A stretch of DNA of 64,000 bases from Fimicolochytrium jonesii (taxonomy: Eukaryota). The notes beneath the pieces were generated by a model, which saw only the letters and a list, made by a program, of their open reading frames with translations, was not told the DNA's origin and made no database searches. This document shows, piece after piece, positions 22,819 through 36,854 of the stretch; the first letter of the stretch is position 1; every line of letters starts with the position of its first letter. The stretch is taken from NCBI RefSeq assembly GCF_025526975.1, contig NW_026515686.1, positions 248,001 through 312,000 of the forward strand, in the 5' to 3' direction. The translations under genes were made by a program, and so were the position numbers.

Positions 22819-25463
22819 GGCTTTGTTTGCTCGTGCTTGTTGGTTACTGGGTTGGGAAAAGGAAAGTAAAGTAAACGGATGAGTTAGTTTGCATGCGAGA
22901 CGATGGACGTCGCAAACACGGATATATGATGTCGCCGACAAGTTGACGGTACGGGTGATCACGGCGAAGGGCAGCGAGGGTTACGCGGTGCTTATAGAGA
23001 CCCGCTGCGGAGTGGGAACATACCGTCTGGTTTTCCTCCTGGAAGGAATGGTGGGCAAAGTTCTCTGGGGATTCGGTTAGAATGGAGATTTCGGCAGCTT
23101 GATACCTGTCGTGAGCGAGGGCATGGGGGGGGGGGGGGGGGGGGGGTTGGGGCATGGGGAGGGCCGGAAGCAAGCGAGGGCATGAGCTGTTTTAGTACTC
23201 TGCGAGTTACTGACGAAGCCTTTGCCACATGCTTGATGGCTTCCTAACGCCTCCCGGGAGTCTGGCTAACCAATTGGGCTGAATACTTGAGTGTCGCCCC
23301 CCCACGTGACTTGAGTAAACACCTGTGCGTCATTGTCACATGTCAGGGGGTGTTGGCTGAGCTTATAAGGCTTCAGCGAGCTTCTGGACGCCCCTCTCGA
23401 CGCACCCACGATCTCACTCATCTTGACCAGAGAACCCGTAACGTTGCACACGACATTGGTACAGCAAGTCTCCATCGTAACGTCAAAATGGAGAGTCTAC
23501 ACTGGGCTTGCTCATACGCAGTGAAGTCGATGGGCCGTGATTCGAGATGGCGTCCGCTCTCTGCATGTACCGAGGAATAGCCGTATATTTTCAGAATTCC
23601 GCGTTAAAAGGAGGTATATTGGATATTGCGTATTGCTCGGCCATTCGCATTGCATTTGGAGTCAGAACGTCATGGTCTGTATACATTTTACTGTTCCATC
23701 TTCCGTCTAGATTTATTGCATTTTGGCTGCCTTCCCTGAAGACACCGTGGGCTGAGTGCTATGAGTGCACGTGGCTTGTTTATTGGCGCTCCAGATGTAA
23801 AGCCGGACGGATGCGGTGCTTTTCCACATGCCGGAAGTCGCCGAGTTTCATCTGGACTCGGAGATGTTTTCAGAGACGCCATGGACGACAACGAACGTCG
23901 TTCATATGTAAAGGATGCTACCGAAGGCGCTTTCTGACTACGTAGAACGGGGGTCAGCCTTTGGAAGCAAACGTCCGGCATATGGGTGTCTAAGGCGTGA
24001 CCAGGTCGCAGTTCAGTGGAAAAACGGGCATAGATACGCCCCTCGATGCAATTGACACCATTCGCAATCCAAAAGCGCACTACTACCAGGGCTTTGCCGC
24101 CCTCTCCCCAGAAAAAAATGCTTGTCAAGGGCAGTCGGATCCTTAGGATCAAAACGGGCCAAAACGTGAGACATGGTACAAGGGGACGCAGAGGAGCTGG
24201 CACGGCAAGAGATGGAGGATGGTTGGCCTTGGGGTCAAATGCGGTACATGAGAGGGACGCTTCCGAAACGCGGACCAGGTCAATGCTCGGCCGCGGTCTT
24301 CAGCGCTTGTTGTTTGTGCACATGGATGTACTCGTTATGAACAAGCAGTATCGTGCTCAGATATGGATCGTTACTCCCCAAGGGCATCTGCTATATCACG
24401 ACGTTGGGATTGCACGATAGCAAGTCCCAGCTCGGCTGCACCTCAAATTTGCATCAGGTCTGCTGCCATTTGATGGGGTGCACTTTGGAATTATCTGTCG
24501 TTCTGTCTCACACGTGCGCAATCGGGCACTTATTTCCGAGAAAGGATGTTCTGTGAAACGATTGCCGATGCATTGCAATCGCGGGCGACTAGCTACCCAG
24601 AATCGAAGACCCATGCCCGAGAAGCACTGGTGCCAAGAGCTTGGACTCGACATCAGCCCGACGGAATCCGCATTGGTAGATGAGGGAATACTCCAGATCC
24701 TCTGTCAGGTGAAGACGTTCCAAGCGGTTTCGGGCGTCGAATCGATGGGATGTATGTGCTGCACGACAATCAGCAACCCACATCTGGATATGACATCCCA
24801 CTGCTGCGCCGCGGAGTTCAGCGATATTCAGGGACACATCTACGGATTCGAAGCCTTACCTTCAAAATGACAATTTTCCGCATACGCCGGAAGAGATGGT
24901 AAACGATGGGCCGCTCACTGCATCAAGATTGCGCCCGCCGGAGGAATCTTGTCTGCAAAGACCTCTTGCAAGGAATAGCGCGAAGATTTGGGGTTTGATC
25001 GCTCCACTAGCTCCCTCCCGTTTGGGGGAACTAGCGAGCGATCTTCGCGGGCGGAACCGCGTACGTATATTATGAAAATGATAAATACATATACAAGATC
25101 CAGCACATCTTATAGGGAAGTAGGGTGGGTGGGTAACGAGATTCTGTGTGCTCAGCTTACAGTACACAGAAAACGAGTTAAAGAGAAAGAGAACGAAGAA
25201 GGACTCCGACCTTCTGAATTGACGGGTTGTCGGATGTGGGTGAGTAACCGAGTCACCGTGAGTCAAGCGATGACGGTCACGCGTCAAAGGACTCATCACT
25301 CGCTCTCCAAGAAACGTGCCCTCTGCCCAGTAAACTTGTATATAATCGTGAGTGTCCGAACATGTTAGAGCATCTTGCACCGCAGAACCACACCTTTTGA
25401 CAGCCATAAGAAGCCCTGCCGAATTCGCCAATTTTGCGGACGACCCAACGGGACCACGCCAGC

Positions 25464-27962
25464 ATGATGTCAACGAACGGGCAGGACGGCACTCCAACAA
25501 CGGCGTTCAGGAACAAGGCTTCCTCCAATGTCCTCGACATTTCTGCCGCCATGGCATTGGCTCAGAGACTGGCAGCAACGTCACTTGAGGAGCCTAGTCG
25601 GACTGCCGAAGCTGCCGACAGGGGAACCCCGCTAGCGTACGATGCGCCGGAGCTCCCCGAGCCCACGCCTTCTTTGAAGGTGCGTCCTCCTGCAGGTGTT
25701 CTTTAAAACCAAGTCAACTCTGCTAACGTGTTTCGCCTCCAGCAACTTGTTCTGGGGGGGACGTCTGAACGAGCACATCAATTAGGGAAGCTGATGGAGG
25801 ACAGGCTGCAGGACGGCTTAGGGGAGACGTTACTGGAGCTTGGAGTCGAAGGTTGGCCCATATCAAATGTTGTGCGGATCGGATGCAGAGTCTAACGCAA
25901 CCACTTCTTTCACAGAGGATGGCACGAGCATGAACTTGAGTCCCGAAGAGTTCAACAAGTCAGTGGAGAACATTCGCAAAGCACTCACACCTCAAAACGC
26001 CGACGTCACGGTTCTGCATCAACGAAATAGCCTGACGACATCCTCCAATGGGTCAACATCGCAGTCCACGGATTCCTCCTCTCCATACGTGTACGGTCAC
26101 GTGCTGATACGGCGGAAGCCAGGGAAAGTAGAGGACATGATGGAGATCCGTATTTGTGTAGTGGGAAACGTCGACGCTGGCAAAAGCACGCTGTTGGGGG
26201 TGCTGACGAAGGACGTACTTGACGATGGTCGTGGCAAAGCACGTGTGAACCTGTTTCGTCACAAGCACGAAATCGAATCTGGGCGGACGAGTTCGGTGGG
26301 CTTGGAGATCATGGGTTTCTCTTCCACTGGAGAGACTATCACGCCGAGCTTACTGGGGAAAGCGAAGTTGACGTGGGACGACATTTGCTCTACCGCGCCC
26401 AAGGTGGGGAAAGGGTCTTTGAAATCTGTCGACTCGAGCCAAACTGATTCCGATAACCCTTAGGTGCTTACGTTCCTCGACTTGGCTGGACACGAGAAGT
26501 ACCTGAAAACGACCGTCTTCGGGATGACGGGATCTAGCCCGGACTTTGTGATGCTCATGGTATGTGGCATGCATCGGGGACATTCGCGCGTTCTTCTTCG
26601 GCTGACTCTTTTCTCATCAGATTGGAAGGTAACATGGCTGTGATCTCGGATTATGAATAGTGTTAGGAATACTCTGTTGACTTGCTATTCTAGTAACGCC
26701 GGCATCATTGGAATGACGAAGGAGCATCTTGGGTTGGCCTTGGCCCTCAACGTCCCGGTGTTCATTGTCATCACCAAAATCGACATGTGCCCGAAGAACG
26801 TACTGGAAGGGACTATCAACCAATTGACCAAGATCTTGAAGAGCTCGGGATGCCGAAAGATTCCTATCTTTTTGAACACCGTCGGCGATGTTCTGGTTAC
26901 CGCAGGCAACTTCGTCAGCGAGCGGTGGGTTCTCTGTTATTGCCGAACGAAGAGCTTTTCAGTGCCAGGTCTGAACGCTTTAATTTCATCAGAGTGTGCC
27001 CTATATTTCAAGTTTCGAACGTGACAGGCGACGGATTGGACCTTCTGAAACTCTTTCTCAACGTTCTGCACGCCAACAGCGCCGGACGCTACGATTCGAA
27101 ACAGCCCGTAGAGTTCGACATCACGGACACTTTCAGTGTTCCCGGTGTCGGCACCGTCGTCAGCGGGACCATTATCACCGGATCTGTGCATGTTGGCGAT
27201 CAGTTGATGTTGGGCCCGGACTCGAACGGGCACTTCGTCCCAACTATGATCAAGTCCATCCAACGGAAACGAGTCAACGTTCCCATCGCATTGGCTGGCC
27301 AGAGTGCTAGCTTTGCGTTGAAGAAGGTTAAGCGCTCGAGCATACGAAAGGGGATGGTGATGTTAAGGTACTAGATTTTGTTCGTGGCTTTGAGGGTCCA
27401 ATTCTTACGCACAGCTTGTTCGATAGTAAAACGGTGCACGCCAACGCGGTGTACGAATTCGAGGCGGAGATCTTGGTTCTCTATCACAGCACCACTATCT
27501 CTAAAAAGTACCAAGCTATGCTTCACTGTGGACCGGTTCGGCAGACTGCCAAAATATTAACAATGGACCAGCAAATATTACGAACCGGCGATCGTGCTTT
27601 CGTGCGATTCAGGTAAACCCGTCGGGTGGTTCATATCAAAGCCAGGCAAAGCGAGTTCTCATCCGTTTCACCTCGTTTCCAGGTTCATACAACACCCTGA
27701 GTACTTGAAGATAGGATCTCGGTTACTGTTCCGAGAGGGACGAACAAAGGGTGTTGGCAAAGTTACGCGCCTGTTCACCGAAAGCGAAGTCGCAGTGCAG
27801 CATGCCCTTTCGAAAGGCGTCACTCACGACAAGCACAAAGGACAGGCTCCGGTTGCTCCTGGAGCAATTACCTCCACGGCAACAAACCCTGATGGTCGCA
27901 AGGCCCGACGGAAATTCAACAACCGCACTGACCCCCCACCCCCCTACACTGAGAAAAGTTGA
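25464..27962 (+). CDS. GTPBP1: GTPBP1-family translational GTPase
   Basis: [64 protein letters not shown]. Confidence 0.93.
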
Positions 27963-28460
27963 GGAGGAAAATTCGACGGTTCCAGCTGTGGTCGTGGGTG
28001 CTGGGCTAGGAGGCGGGGTTGTACCATGCAAGTAGAGGCTGGCGGGGCAAGCAAAGCCTGAGGGGATAGTTCTCCTCACGGCGTCTTATATTTTGGAACA
28101 TTTTTGCACCCTTTGTAAATCGGTTTTGCAACTGTATCGATAGTTTCTTGGCGATCTAAATACGAAAAGAGGGAACTGTGATATGGCGTAGCTATATGGC
28201 CGTCTCGCACCACAAGGCACTCGCAGAGTCCGACTGTCGTCTCCTATGTCCGTCGCAAACCTACATACGAGGCGCTCAGCGTTCGTTCCCAATGCACAGC
28301 CTTCCTCAGCTTACTCAGCCTTGCTCTGCCTTGCTCCAACTTGACGCTCTCGACGCGCATCCAAGCCACGTCTGTCGTCGTTCGCAGGTTCGCGTTCCCC
28401 AATGTCCAGTTTGCATTGCTCACATTGCGAGCCAATTTTCAGCAGCTCACCTCACCCAGC

Positions 28461-29384
28461 ATGTTCGTCCTAACGTTGATGCGGGACAACGTCCGCACGC
28501 ATCCCTCCGACTTCATTAAGCCCAGAGCGCAGGCGCTTGTCGACGGCTTAAACGCAAAGTATGCGAACAAAGTAAGGAATTCTCACATGCCCGAAGTGCA
28601 GGTTGCCATCGTTGCTCATTTTCACTGCGAAAACACATCAGGTGCTCCATAATGTCGGCCTGTGTATCCGGGTGTGGGATATCGTAGAAGCGTCGGATGA
28701 GACTGTGCATATCGTGCAGGATGGGTCTTCCCAGTGCAAAGGTGTGCACGGAGGCCGCGCTCTTTTCGCACCCGTAGCGGAACGCGGACTGACCCGTCTA
28801 CCTCTTCCAGTGACGTTTAGGATGATAGTATTCCGGCCATTCAAAGGCGAGATTATGGTTGGGAAAGTTGCGGGGAACGATCCAAAACATGGCGTGCGAG
28901 GTAGACAGCGAGTTGCATTGCAGAAGAGCAATTCGAACTAAGGATTGACGAAACGCTGCGTTTTCAGTCTCAATGGAGTTCTTTGGCGATATCACGATAC
29001 CCCCAGCGTTCCTGCAAGCAGGCACAGAATTGTAAGTGACCAATCCCAGTCTCGCCTCTGGTCTCAGACATCGCAACCTAAACGACATCCTTGCAGCGAC
29101 GAAACAGAGGGCGTATGGGTATGGCGGTACGACGGCAACGACCTGTACATGGACAAAGGCGAAAAGATCCGGTTCCGCATGGAGGTTGAGCAGTTTACGG
29201 ATGTGGGGCCGGTTCGGTTGGGCGATGATGAGACGTTGAGGGAGTCGCCATACAGATTGCTGGTATGCGTGTGGGGTTTCTAGGACTGTTGTGCTTGCGA
29301 ATGTTGGGCTGATGAGTTCTTTGGTGGGTGTGATAGGTGTCGGTGGCGGAACCGGGTTTGGGCCTCACGTCTTGGTGGGAATGA
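28461..29384 (+). CDS. RPC25: RNA polymerase III subunit RPC25 (RPC8/POLR3H)
   Basis: MFVL..LNAKYANKVLHNVGLCI, VTFRMIVFRPFKGEI, WVWRY..LYMDKGEKIRFR, GLGLTSWW. Confidence 0.92.
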
Positions 29385-29911
29385 GAGGGTTCGCTTGTCC
29401 CCGCAACAAGTGTACGTCGTGGAGATGAGATCTTGTGGGGACGTGCCTGGTGAAACGGAGCATCCCTGAATGGGACGAGGTCGCCGGACGGTTGGTCGTT
29501 AGCGCCACTCCTTGTGGAATCAGTCCGTGCCTTTGGAGACTTCGTCCACCTATCTGGGCACCTGCGCGTTATATGGACCGACCTCCGCCGAAAGGTCGCC
29601 TCCAGCATTCCCAGTCTACGTTAGATCGGCGTTCTAGAGATGCGCAAAAGTAGGTCGAGTCGTATGACAGATAGCGAGCCCGGACCGCAGCAACGTAACA
29701 TATTTGGCAGACGCACCGGTCCGCGTAGGATAGACTGCTAGACTGATACCATCGAGGTCGAAGTATATGATTGATGAAGCCCCAACATGCCAAACTGATC
29801 TGTGATCTACAAGCTTTCCGAAAGCACTTCGACTGTTCTACATGATCGTCGCCCCCGGGCCAGGTTTCCTACCCTGACTACCTATACGCGCCGTCTAACA
29901 AAGTTGGGAAT

Positions 29912-31998
29912 CTAGAGTGGAATGTTACCGTGCTTCTTCTTGGGGTTCGTGCGCTGCTTGGTGTTGAGCATCTTGAGGTCCTCAATGATGCGCGATCGGG
30001 TAGTGGACGGGAGAATAACGTCGTCAACGAACCCGCGCTCGGCGGCGGGGAAAGGGTTTGCGAATTTGGCGACATCTGTGGATTGAGGAAGATAGACAGA
30101 TCAGCTTTGGTGTTGAAATGTCAAGATGTCCATAAGCAAGATACTCACATTCGGCTTCCGCTTGAGCTATTTGGGGGAAGCACCAAGCAACGTTGAGTGA
30201 ACTTGCGCGATCGAGGCAAATAATGATGTTCGACTTACATTTGTCCTTGGACGAACGGAAGATGATCTCAACCGCACCCTTCGCTCCCATAACGGCAATT
30301 TCTCCGGTGGGCCACGAGTAGTTCAAGTCTCCGCGCAAGTGCTTCGAACTGAAATAGTTTCCCGGAATCTTTAGCGGAAGCCACAGAGGGTAATTCATAG
30401 AATACTCAAGCTACCTCATGACATCGTATGCTCCTCCGTAGGCCTTCCTCGTGATGACGGTGATTTTTGGCACTGTCGCTTCAGCATAAGCGTACAACAG
30501 CTTCGCACCGTTTCGAATGATTCCGTTGTGCTCCTGGGCGGTTCCGGGAAGGAAACCAGGCACATCCACGAACGTCAGTAGAGGGATGTTGAACGCGTCG
30601 CAAAATCGCACCCATCGAGCCGCCTTGATTGAGGAGTTGATGTCAAGGACACCCGACGACACAAGGGGCTGGTTGGCCACGACTCCGACCGTCTTCCCTC
30701 CCATGCGAGCGAACCCGATAATGATGTTCTTTGCAAAGTCTGGTTGGATCTCGTAGAAGGTGTCGTCGTCCGCAATACGGCGAACCACGTTCTTCATGTC
30801 GTAGGCTTTTGTGGAGTCGGTGGGAATAATGGCGTCAAGGGCAGCGTCGGCACGGCTAGGGCTGTCGTCGGTCTGGCGGACGGGAACATCGTGTCGGTTT
30901 GATAGAGGAAGGAAGTCAACAAACTCACGGAGACGAGCCAAAGCGTCAATGTCGTTGTCGAAAGCCATGTGCGCCACACCAGACTTTGTAGAATGCGCCT
31001 TGGCGCCCCCCAATTCCTCCTGAGTGACCGTTTCGTTCGTGACAGCCTTCACGACATCAGGTCCTGTGACAAACAGGTATGAAGTGTCCTTCACCATAAA
31101 CGTGAAATCCGTCAGAGCAGGGGAGTACACGGCGCCACCGGCACAAGGACCCATAATGAGTGAGATCTGAGGGACCACCCCGGAAGCGAGAACGTTGCGC
31201 TGGAAGATGTCTGCGTAACCGGCTAAAGATGCCACACCTTCCTGGATACGCGCACCTCCCGAGTCGTTCAAGCCGATGACAGGGGCGCCAACCAATAGAG
31301 CCTGGTCCAAGATCTTGCAGATCTTCTGAGCGTGGCGTTCTGACAAACTTCCTCCAAACGCGGTGAAATCCTGGCTGAACACGTAGACAAGTCGACCGTT
31401 GATGGTACCATGGCCCGTGACTACGCCATCGCCCGTAATCTGGCAGTGATATGTCAGTGACCATCGAAGTCAACCACAGCCTTCCTTCGACAACAGTGTA
31501 GGTACACACCTTTTGCTTCTCCATCCCAAAATCGGCGCATTGATGCTCCACAAACATGTCGTATTCCCGGAAAGAGTTGGAATCAAGCAGCAAGTCGATA
31601 CGCTCCCGAGCGGTCAGCTTGCCCTGAAGATTGAACATAAGCATGATGAGCGAGCTACTCAGAGCGGCCCGTTCCGGCTAGAGTCTCACCTTCGCGTGCT
31701 GCGTATCAATGCGTTTTTGACCACCACCAAGGCGGGCTTCCTCGCGCTTCTTCTCTATCCGCTCCAGCATGACCTAAGAGTGGAGCAATGATCAGAAAAA
31801 GGAGGACCACTGCGAGTCACCTATAGCATGACGCCATACGTTTGGGCCAACAAACTGAGGGGTGGCAGCTGCGGCCGTCGCATTCCCACGGGTGAAGGTG
31901 GGAACGGCCGTCGCCGATCGAACCGCTGGGAATAGGGCGTTTCTGTGACGGAAAGCGGCGCGGCATACAGCCAAACGAGTCGTTGCAGCCAGCTGCAT
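29912..31998 (-). CDS. PCCB: Propionyl-CoA carboxylase beta chain, mitochondrial
   Basis: [58 protein letters not shown]-terminal KKHGNIPL; N-terminal presequence. Confidence 0.95.
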
Positions 31999-33556
31999 GA
32001 CGCTATTTTACTGCTTTGGAAATCTATGCAACTGGAAACAGGACGCAAAAGTATTGTCCAGCATCAGCACCCATCGTAAGTCCAACTCTGGGAGGCCTCT
32101 GAGTGCAAGTTTGCTTACCGGTGTGGGCTATGAAGCAACTTGAACTAGCCTAACAGCAGCACAAGGAGACGGGATGCGAGGACAAAGCAAAAGCCTTGGT
32201 CGACGTAGAAACGATGAGCTCTTTCCGTTGATCCTACCGGAGGAACTTCTGGGAAAGAGTTGTTAACGGGCCTGTGCAAGTGCTCGTCGCCGGTCATTTC
32301 GAACGCGTGACTTGCAGACGTGACCTCCAGATCCAGCAAGGCGCGCTCTCTCAATTTGCCAGCAACGCTTCCCTGAACGCTTCCGGTGACAGACTCTCCA
32401 GACTCTCCCACAGTACCTGCTGTCGGGGTTGGGTCGTCTGCAAAAACATGAATGGGCGTTCTCAGGAACGATATTTGAGAGGAGATATGTCTGAGGGGTT
32501 TATCGCCGACTTCGTCTGGCCTCGTTCACACTCAACGGTGCCGATTCGTCGAAAAACATAGGCCCGGCATAAGATCGAAAACATATGTAGGCCCGGCATA
32601 AGAACTTCCCCTTCAAACTTGTTCAATGGCGGAACGCCGCGGAACGGCATCCAAGACCGCAATGTGTCACTCTACTAATTGTAGCACTGGACAAACGAGA
32701 CTGTTGAGCAGGACTTGGTGGGTTGCAATGCTGTTGAACCCAGGGGCTGGAGACTAGAGGCGACCCCGGGCATGGTTGACAAGGCAGAAATGGACGTTGT
32801 TTGCATTATTGGTGGGAAATTTTGTATTTGCAACACTTTGTTTTGCGGGTCAACACCAGTATATGGAGTTTTCCACGGACTGGGCTCAGCATGTTGTAAT
32901 TGACATCAACATTCCTTTCAAGATGGCGCACATCGCCAACCTACTCTGTTGCCAATTTGCCAATTACAGCAGCGCCGTGGAACTACTGCCTAGTTCTCAT
33001 TTGCGAAACATGGTGATACAGTATGTGCTTTCGAAGAATGCTGAGAGCCTCGCTGTCCATAGTGGCGTTCCTGAGAACCGCTTTCTCACGAAGTTCACTT
33101 CTGGAAAATCCGCACACAGCAATCCCTTCCGCTCTGTCTCCTCACCGATTGCCATCGAGTGTCTTCGTCGTGCTATGATTGACCACCGAAGTGATGGGTT
33201 GGGGGTTGGTACGAGATGCATGCTTGGGCGAAATTTGACAAAACTCTGGACTCTGGAGTCTGAATTTCATTCTGGGGTGAACCGCTTGAACCGTGAACGG
33301 GTAAATCACGTCCCTGCCCAACTGCTTTGGTGACATCACACAGCAAAGCCCCATTTCGCTTGTTTTCTCCACGGCGTCCGCAGACTCGCCCATACCTTTA
33401 ATACTTAAAAAGGGCAGGCGGTGGATTCTGACTCTCCATCCTCCTCCACCAGAAACTATACTTTCGGTTTCCTTTTCCTATTCGTCTTACGCTCAGCGCA
33501 ACCCTCCTCGGGCACGTCCTCGCTCCATCCACTCTACGCACAAGCTATTACTTCAA

Positions 33557-33976
33557 ATGGCATCCGTCCTTGCTCAAATCACAAAAACGACGATCCTGAG
33601 AGCACCTTCTCCTTCTGGAGGGGGTAGCACCTTGTCCACATCCTTCACATCCACCACCACCACCACAACTTCCTCCGGTGCAGCATTCTCAACAAGCAAC
33701 GTTGTCACACATGCTTCGAAAAGTGCGCAACGTGCCATTGATCCAACGCGGATTGTCGATCCATCGGACCTCACTGAAGTCCTCGGTAACTCGCCACCTG
33801 ATGTGGAAAACATGACGGCGATGGAGGCTGCGACGGAGATCGCTCGGTCGGTATCACCGTTCGGTAGACCCGTTTCGCCTATGCCGGGGCACTTTGGTTC
33901 TGGGATGCCAACTGTGAAGGTGGAGGTATCGCAGTCTTTGCTGGTAGAAGCGGCATTGCCCTTCGGATCTGGATAG
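33557..33976 (+). CDS. Small Ser/Thr-rich hypothetical protein
   Basis: 139-aa ORF with an A-rich start context (TCAAATGG) and pyrimidine-rich leader. No family recognised. Confidence 0.45.
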   Translation: MASVLAQITKTTILRAPSPSGGGSTLSTSFTSTTTTTTSSGAAFSTSNVVTHASKSAQRAIDPTRIVDPSDLTEVLGNSPPDVENMTAMEAATEIARSVSPFGRPVSPMPGHFGSGMPTVKVEVSQSLLVEAALPFGSG

Positions 33977-34486
33977 TGCTGGAGTCTACGTTTGGGATGA
34001 TGGCTGGGATGTCTAAGACTGTGAACCCGATGCGGTTGAAGGATGGGGGACAGTACAATTTTTGGAATACCTTTTTGGAATCTTGTAGGACACTTAGTTT
34101 GTTTTGGTTGATGTGTTCATATGTGCATACTGTGAATAACAAGTATGGAATCCATAGTGCATGCCGTCCGATGAAGATGTAGGATCGTGTCTGTTAAACC
34201 CTAGGCGCTTTCCATCCGGAAAGCTTCATACGTACCAATGCATGTCATCCGTTATATAATCCTGTGTGTTGTATTGATGTTCCGTAACGGAGTATGGCAA
34301 CCTTTCAACGATCCGAGGACGGTCGAAAAAGCGCATGAAGTGAGAAGCCAAGGCCTGATGTCTCGGATGTGGTGCGTCTCACTGATCAAGTCACACATGT
34401 CCGAACACAGGACGCGTTGAGAGATTGAGGACGGGGCTTCTCATGAACAGCAGCACCACGTACTTTTGTTGCACGCTAGTCATGCA

Positions 34487-36854
34487 ATGTCGACCGAGAC
34501 CTTTCCTCAAGCACCAAGGGCTATAATTCAACTTGACTTGGACTATTGTAAGTTCCGACAATACGCAGCTCGACATTAGGGACCTGGCACCGTCAACACT
34601 GGCTAATTATTATCGCAATTTGCACAGTCTATGCTCAAGCTGAGGAAGTCAAAGACCCAACCTTGAAGGAAAAGCCACTGGCTATTCAACAAAAACATAT
34701 CGTCGTTACGTAAGGAGGATGCACGCCGTTTCCTTGAGCATTGGTGTGGGGATTTGACCAGAGTATTGGTTGTGCGCGGTAGTTGCAACTATGTTGCCCG
34801 TCGATATGGCATCGGGAAGCTGGCTCTCCTGGCGGATGCGTTCAAGCTCTGGTATGTCCTGGGCGGAAACGAGGTGGCGGCAGATTGTCGTCTTCTAACT
34901 CAACTTTCAGTCCGGAATTAGTCATCCGCGACGGCTCGGGTTCGTACCGTCTATGCAGCGTCTCATCTAAACGTCGGACCGCTTATGCGATCACATCCAT
35001 ATAGATATTTCGCATTATCGTCGTGTCTCGCGCCAGATTTTCGAGTTTGTTAAGCATTTGTTGAACGGCGATAACATCGACCACGAGGGAACCAACTGGC
35101 CGGTGAAGATTGAGAGGCTGGGAATGGACGAGCTTTTCTTGGACGTCACGGACATCATCGGCAAACATTGCGCCAATATTCCACGTCCAGAGGGCGAGCA
35201 GATGACGTCTTTCAAACTTCCGAGCGGCGAAGTCTTTCAATATGACGAGAAAGTCTGGGATGGGCACGTTATCGGCAGTGAACTGCACGAGCCGAGCTTC
35301 ACTCAGCATCTTCAGGTTGTACGCATTGCGAGTCACTTAGCGGCCTTTGTTCGACTCCGAATCAAGCAGGAGACGGGCTTCACGTCGTCCGCTGGGATAT
35401 CTTACAACAAGATGATGAGCAAACTATGTGCTGGGGCGAAGAAACCAAATGCACAGACGACCTTGATCGCGGGACCCGGCGCGGAGGATTTCCTGGGATC
35501 CATGAGTCTACGCAAAATACCAGGCATCGGGCGCGTGGTACGGAAGAGAATAGAGACAGACCTGACGACCATGTTAGCGGAACAGGAGGCTGAACGTCGC
35601 GATGCAAAGCGGGCCGAATTCGGAATGCTGTCTGACTATGTGGACGCTACTCCCGGCGACGAAGGCATTTGTGGAACGGCTGGAGACCCGTCCATGGCGA
35701 AACCGCCCACGTTCACAGTTGGTCTCGTTCGGAAGTACCTCTCACTTGAACATTTAGAGAGGACCTTAGTAACGAAAACAGCTGGGGAAGTGTGGGCCCT
35801 TTTGCATGGCTTCGACAATTCTCAAGTCGTCAGCACGGGCCTTCCCTCGCAGATCAGCATAGAAGACTCGTTTCCACATTGCGCGACCGAAGGCGAAGTC
35901 GAGGCCCGATTACTCTCGCTGACGACAGACTTTATCGGCCGTATGGAGGAGGAAGAGTGGATACCCAATACCTCTCGTTGGAGAAGACACGCAAAGACCC
36001 TCCGGCTGACCATTCGAAGGAGGCAGAAAGGAAACGTCCGGGCGTGGATGGATGACCGTGAGAGTCGCTCTGTACCCATGCCGGTAGAGGTGTGGGACGC
36101 CCGTGCCGAACACAAAGAGAGGGCGAGAAGCGTAGTCACCAATTCTTTGATGCCCTTGTTTAGGAAGATGTGCAACGGGGAGCCGTTCGACTTGACGCTG
36201 CTCAACATCGCAGCCGTGAACTTTGAGAAAGGCGAAGTGGATCGCGATATCCGTGGTTTCTTTGGTGGTGAGGCTTCCGTGGATGCAAACCCTGCCTCGG
36301 GAACAGTTGGGGCAGCCAAGATGGATGATGCGCCGTCAACTGAGCTTCGATCATCCCACCCGAGAAATGGATCCGCCTTGGAAGACTTAGATCCGGATGT
36401 CTTGAACGAGCTCCCAGACGACATTCGGAACGAAATTATGGCTTCCATGTCCCCAGCTGTTGGACTGCCTCCATACATACTGCCGCGCAAACCCGCCGAC
36501 AAGGGCAAAAAGCGCGTGGGTAATGGAATAAACGCAAAGGGGCAGAAGAAAGCAAAACCATCGGACGGACCCTTGCATCGAATGTGGCGCCAGGGTCTTG
36601 CGTCTGCACAGTCGGCTGTTGCCGACTCTTTCCCTCAGCCGGTGTCGGAAGTAGCTGCTCCTCTCGGCCAGGAAAAACTACGGCGTAATGGGAAGGGCTC
36701 TGCGGAGGTGGGGCATGAAATTCCATCGGACGGCACGGCGGGGCTGCAGCAAGAAGCAGATGGGGAGGAGGGGTTCGAATGTCCGCAATGCAAGCAGGTC
36801 TTGTATGTGTGGTCCGTCGAGAGCCACGCCCGATCGCATGAGGGGGCGAGCTGA
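34487..36854 (+). CDS. POLI: Y-family DNA polymerase iota-like with UBM and C-terminal C2H2 UBZ
   Basis: Spliced IIQLDLDYFYAQ, KPLAIQQKHIVVTCNYVAR, ERLGMDELFLDVT, SAGISYNKMMSKL..KKPNAQT; LDPDVLNELPDDIRNEI; CPQC..HARSH. Confidence 0.88.

Noticed and set aside
23266..25400. Short ORFs in a long intergenic region
   Set aside because: No recognisable motifs or consistent splice model.
32145..33400. 185-aa ORF 32776-33333 and a short direct repeat near 32553-32603
   Set aside because: Non-ATG start and no motifs; the ~20-bp duplication is unremarkable.
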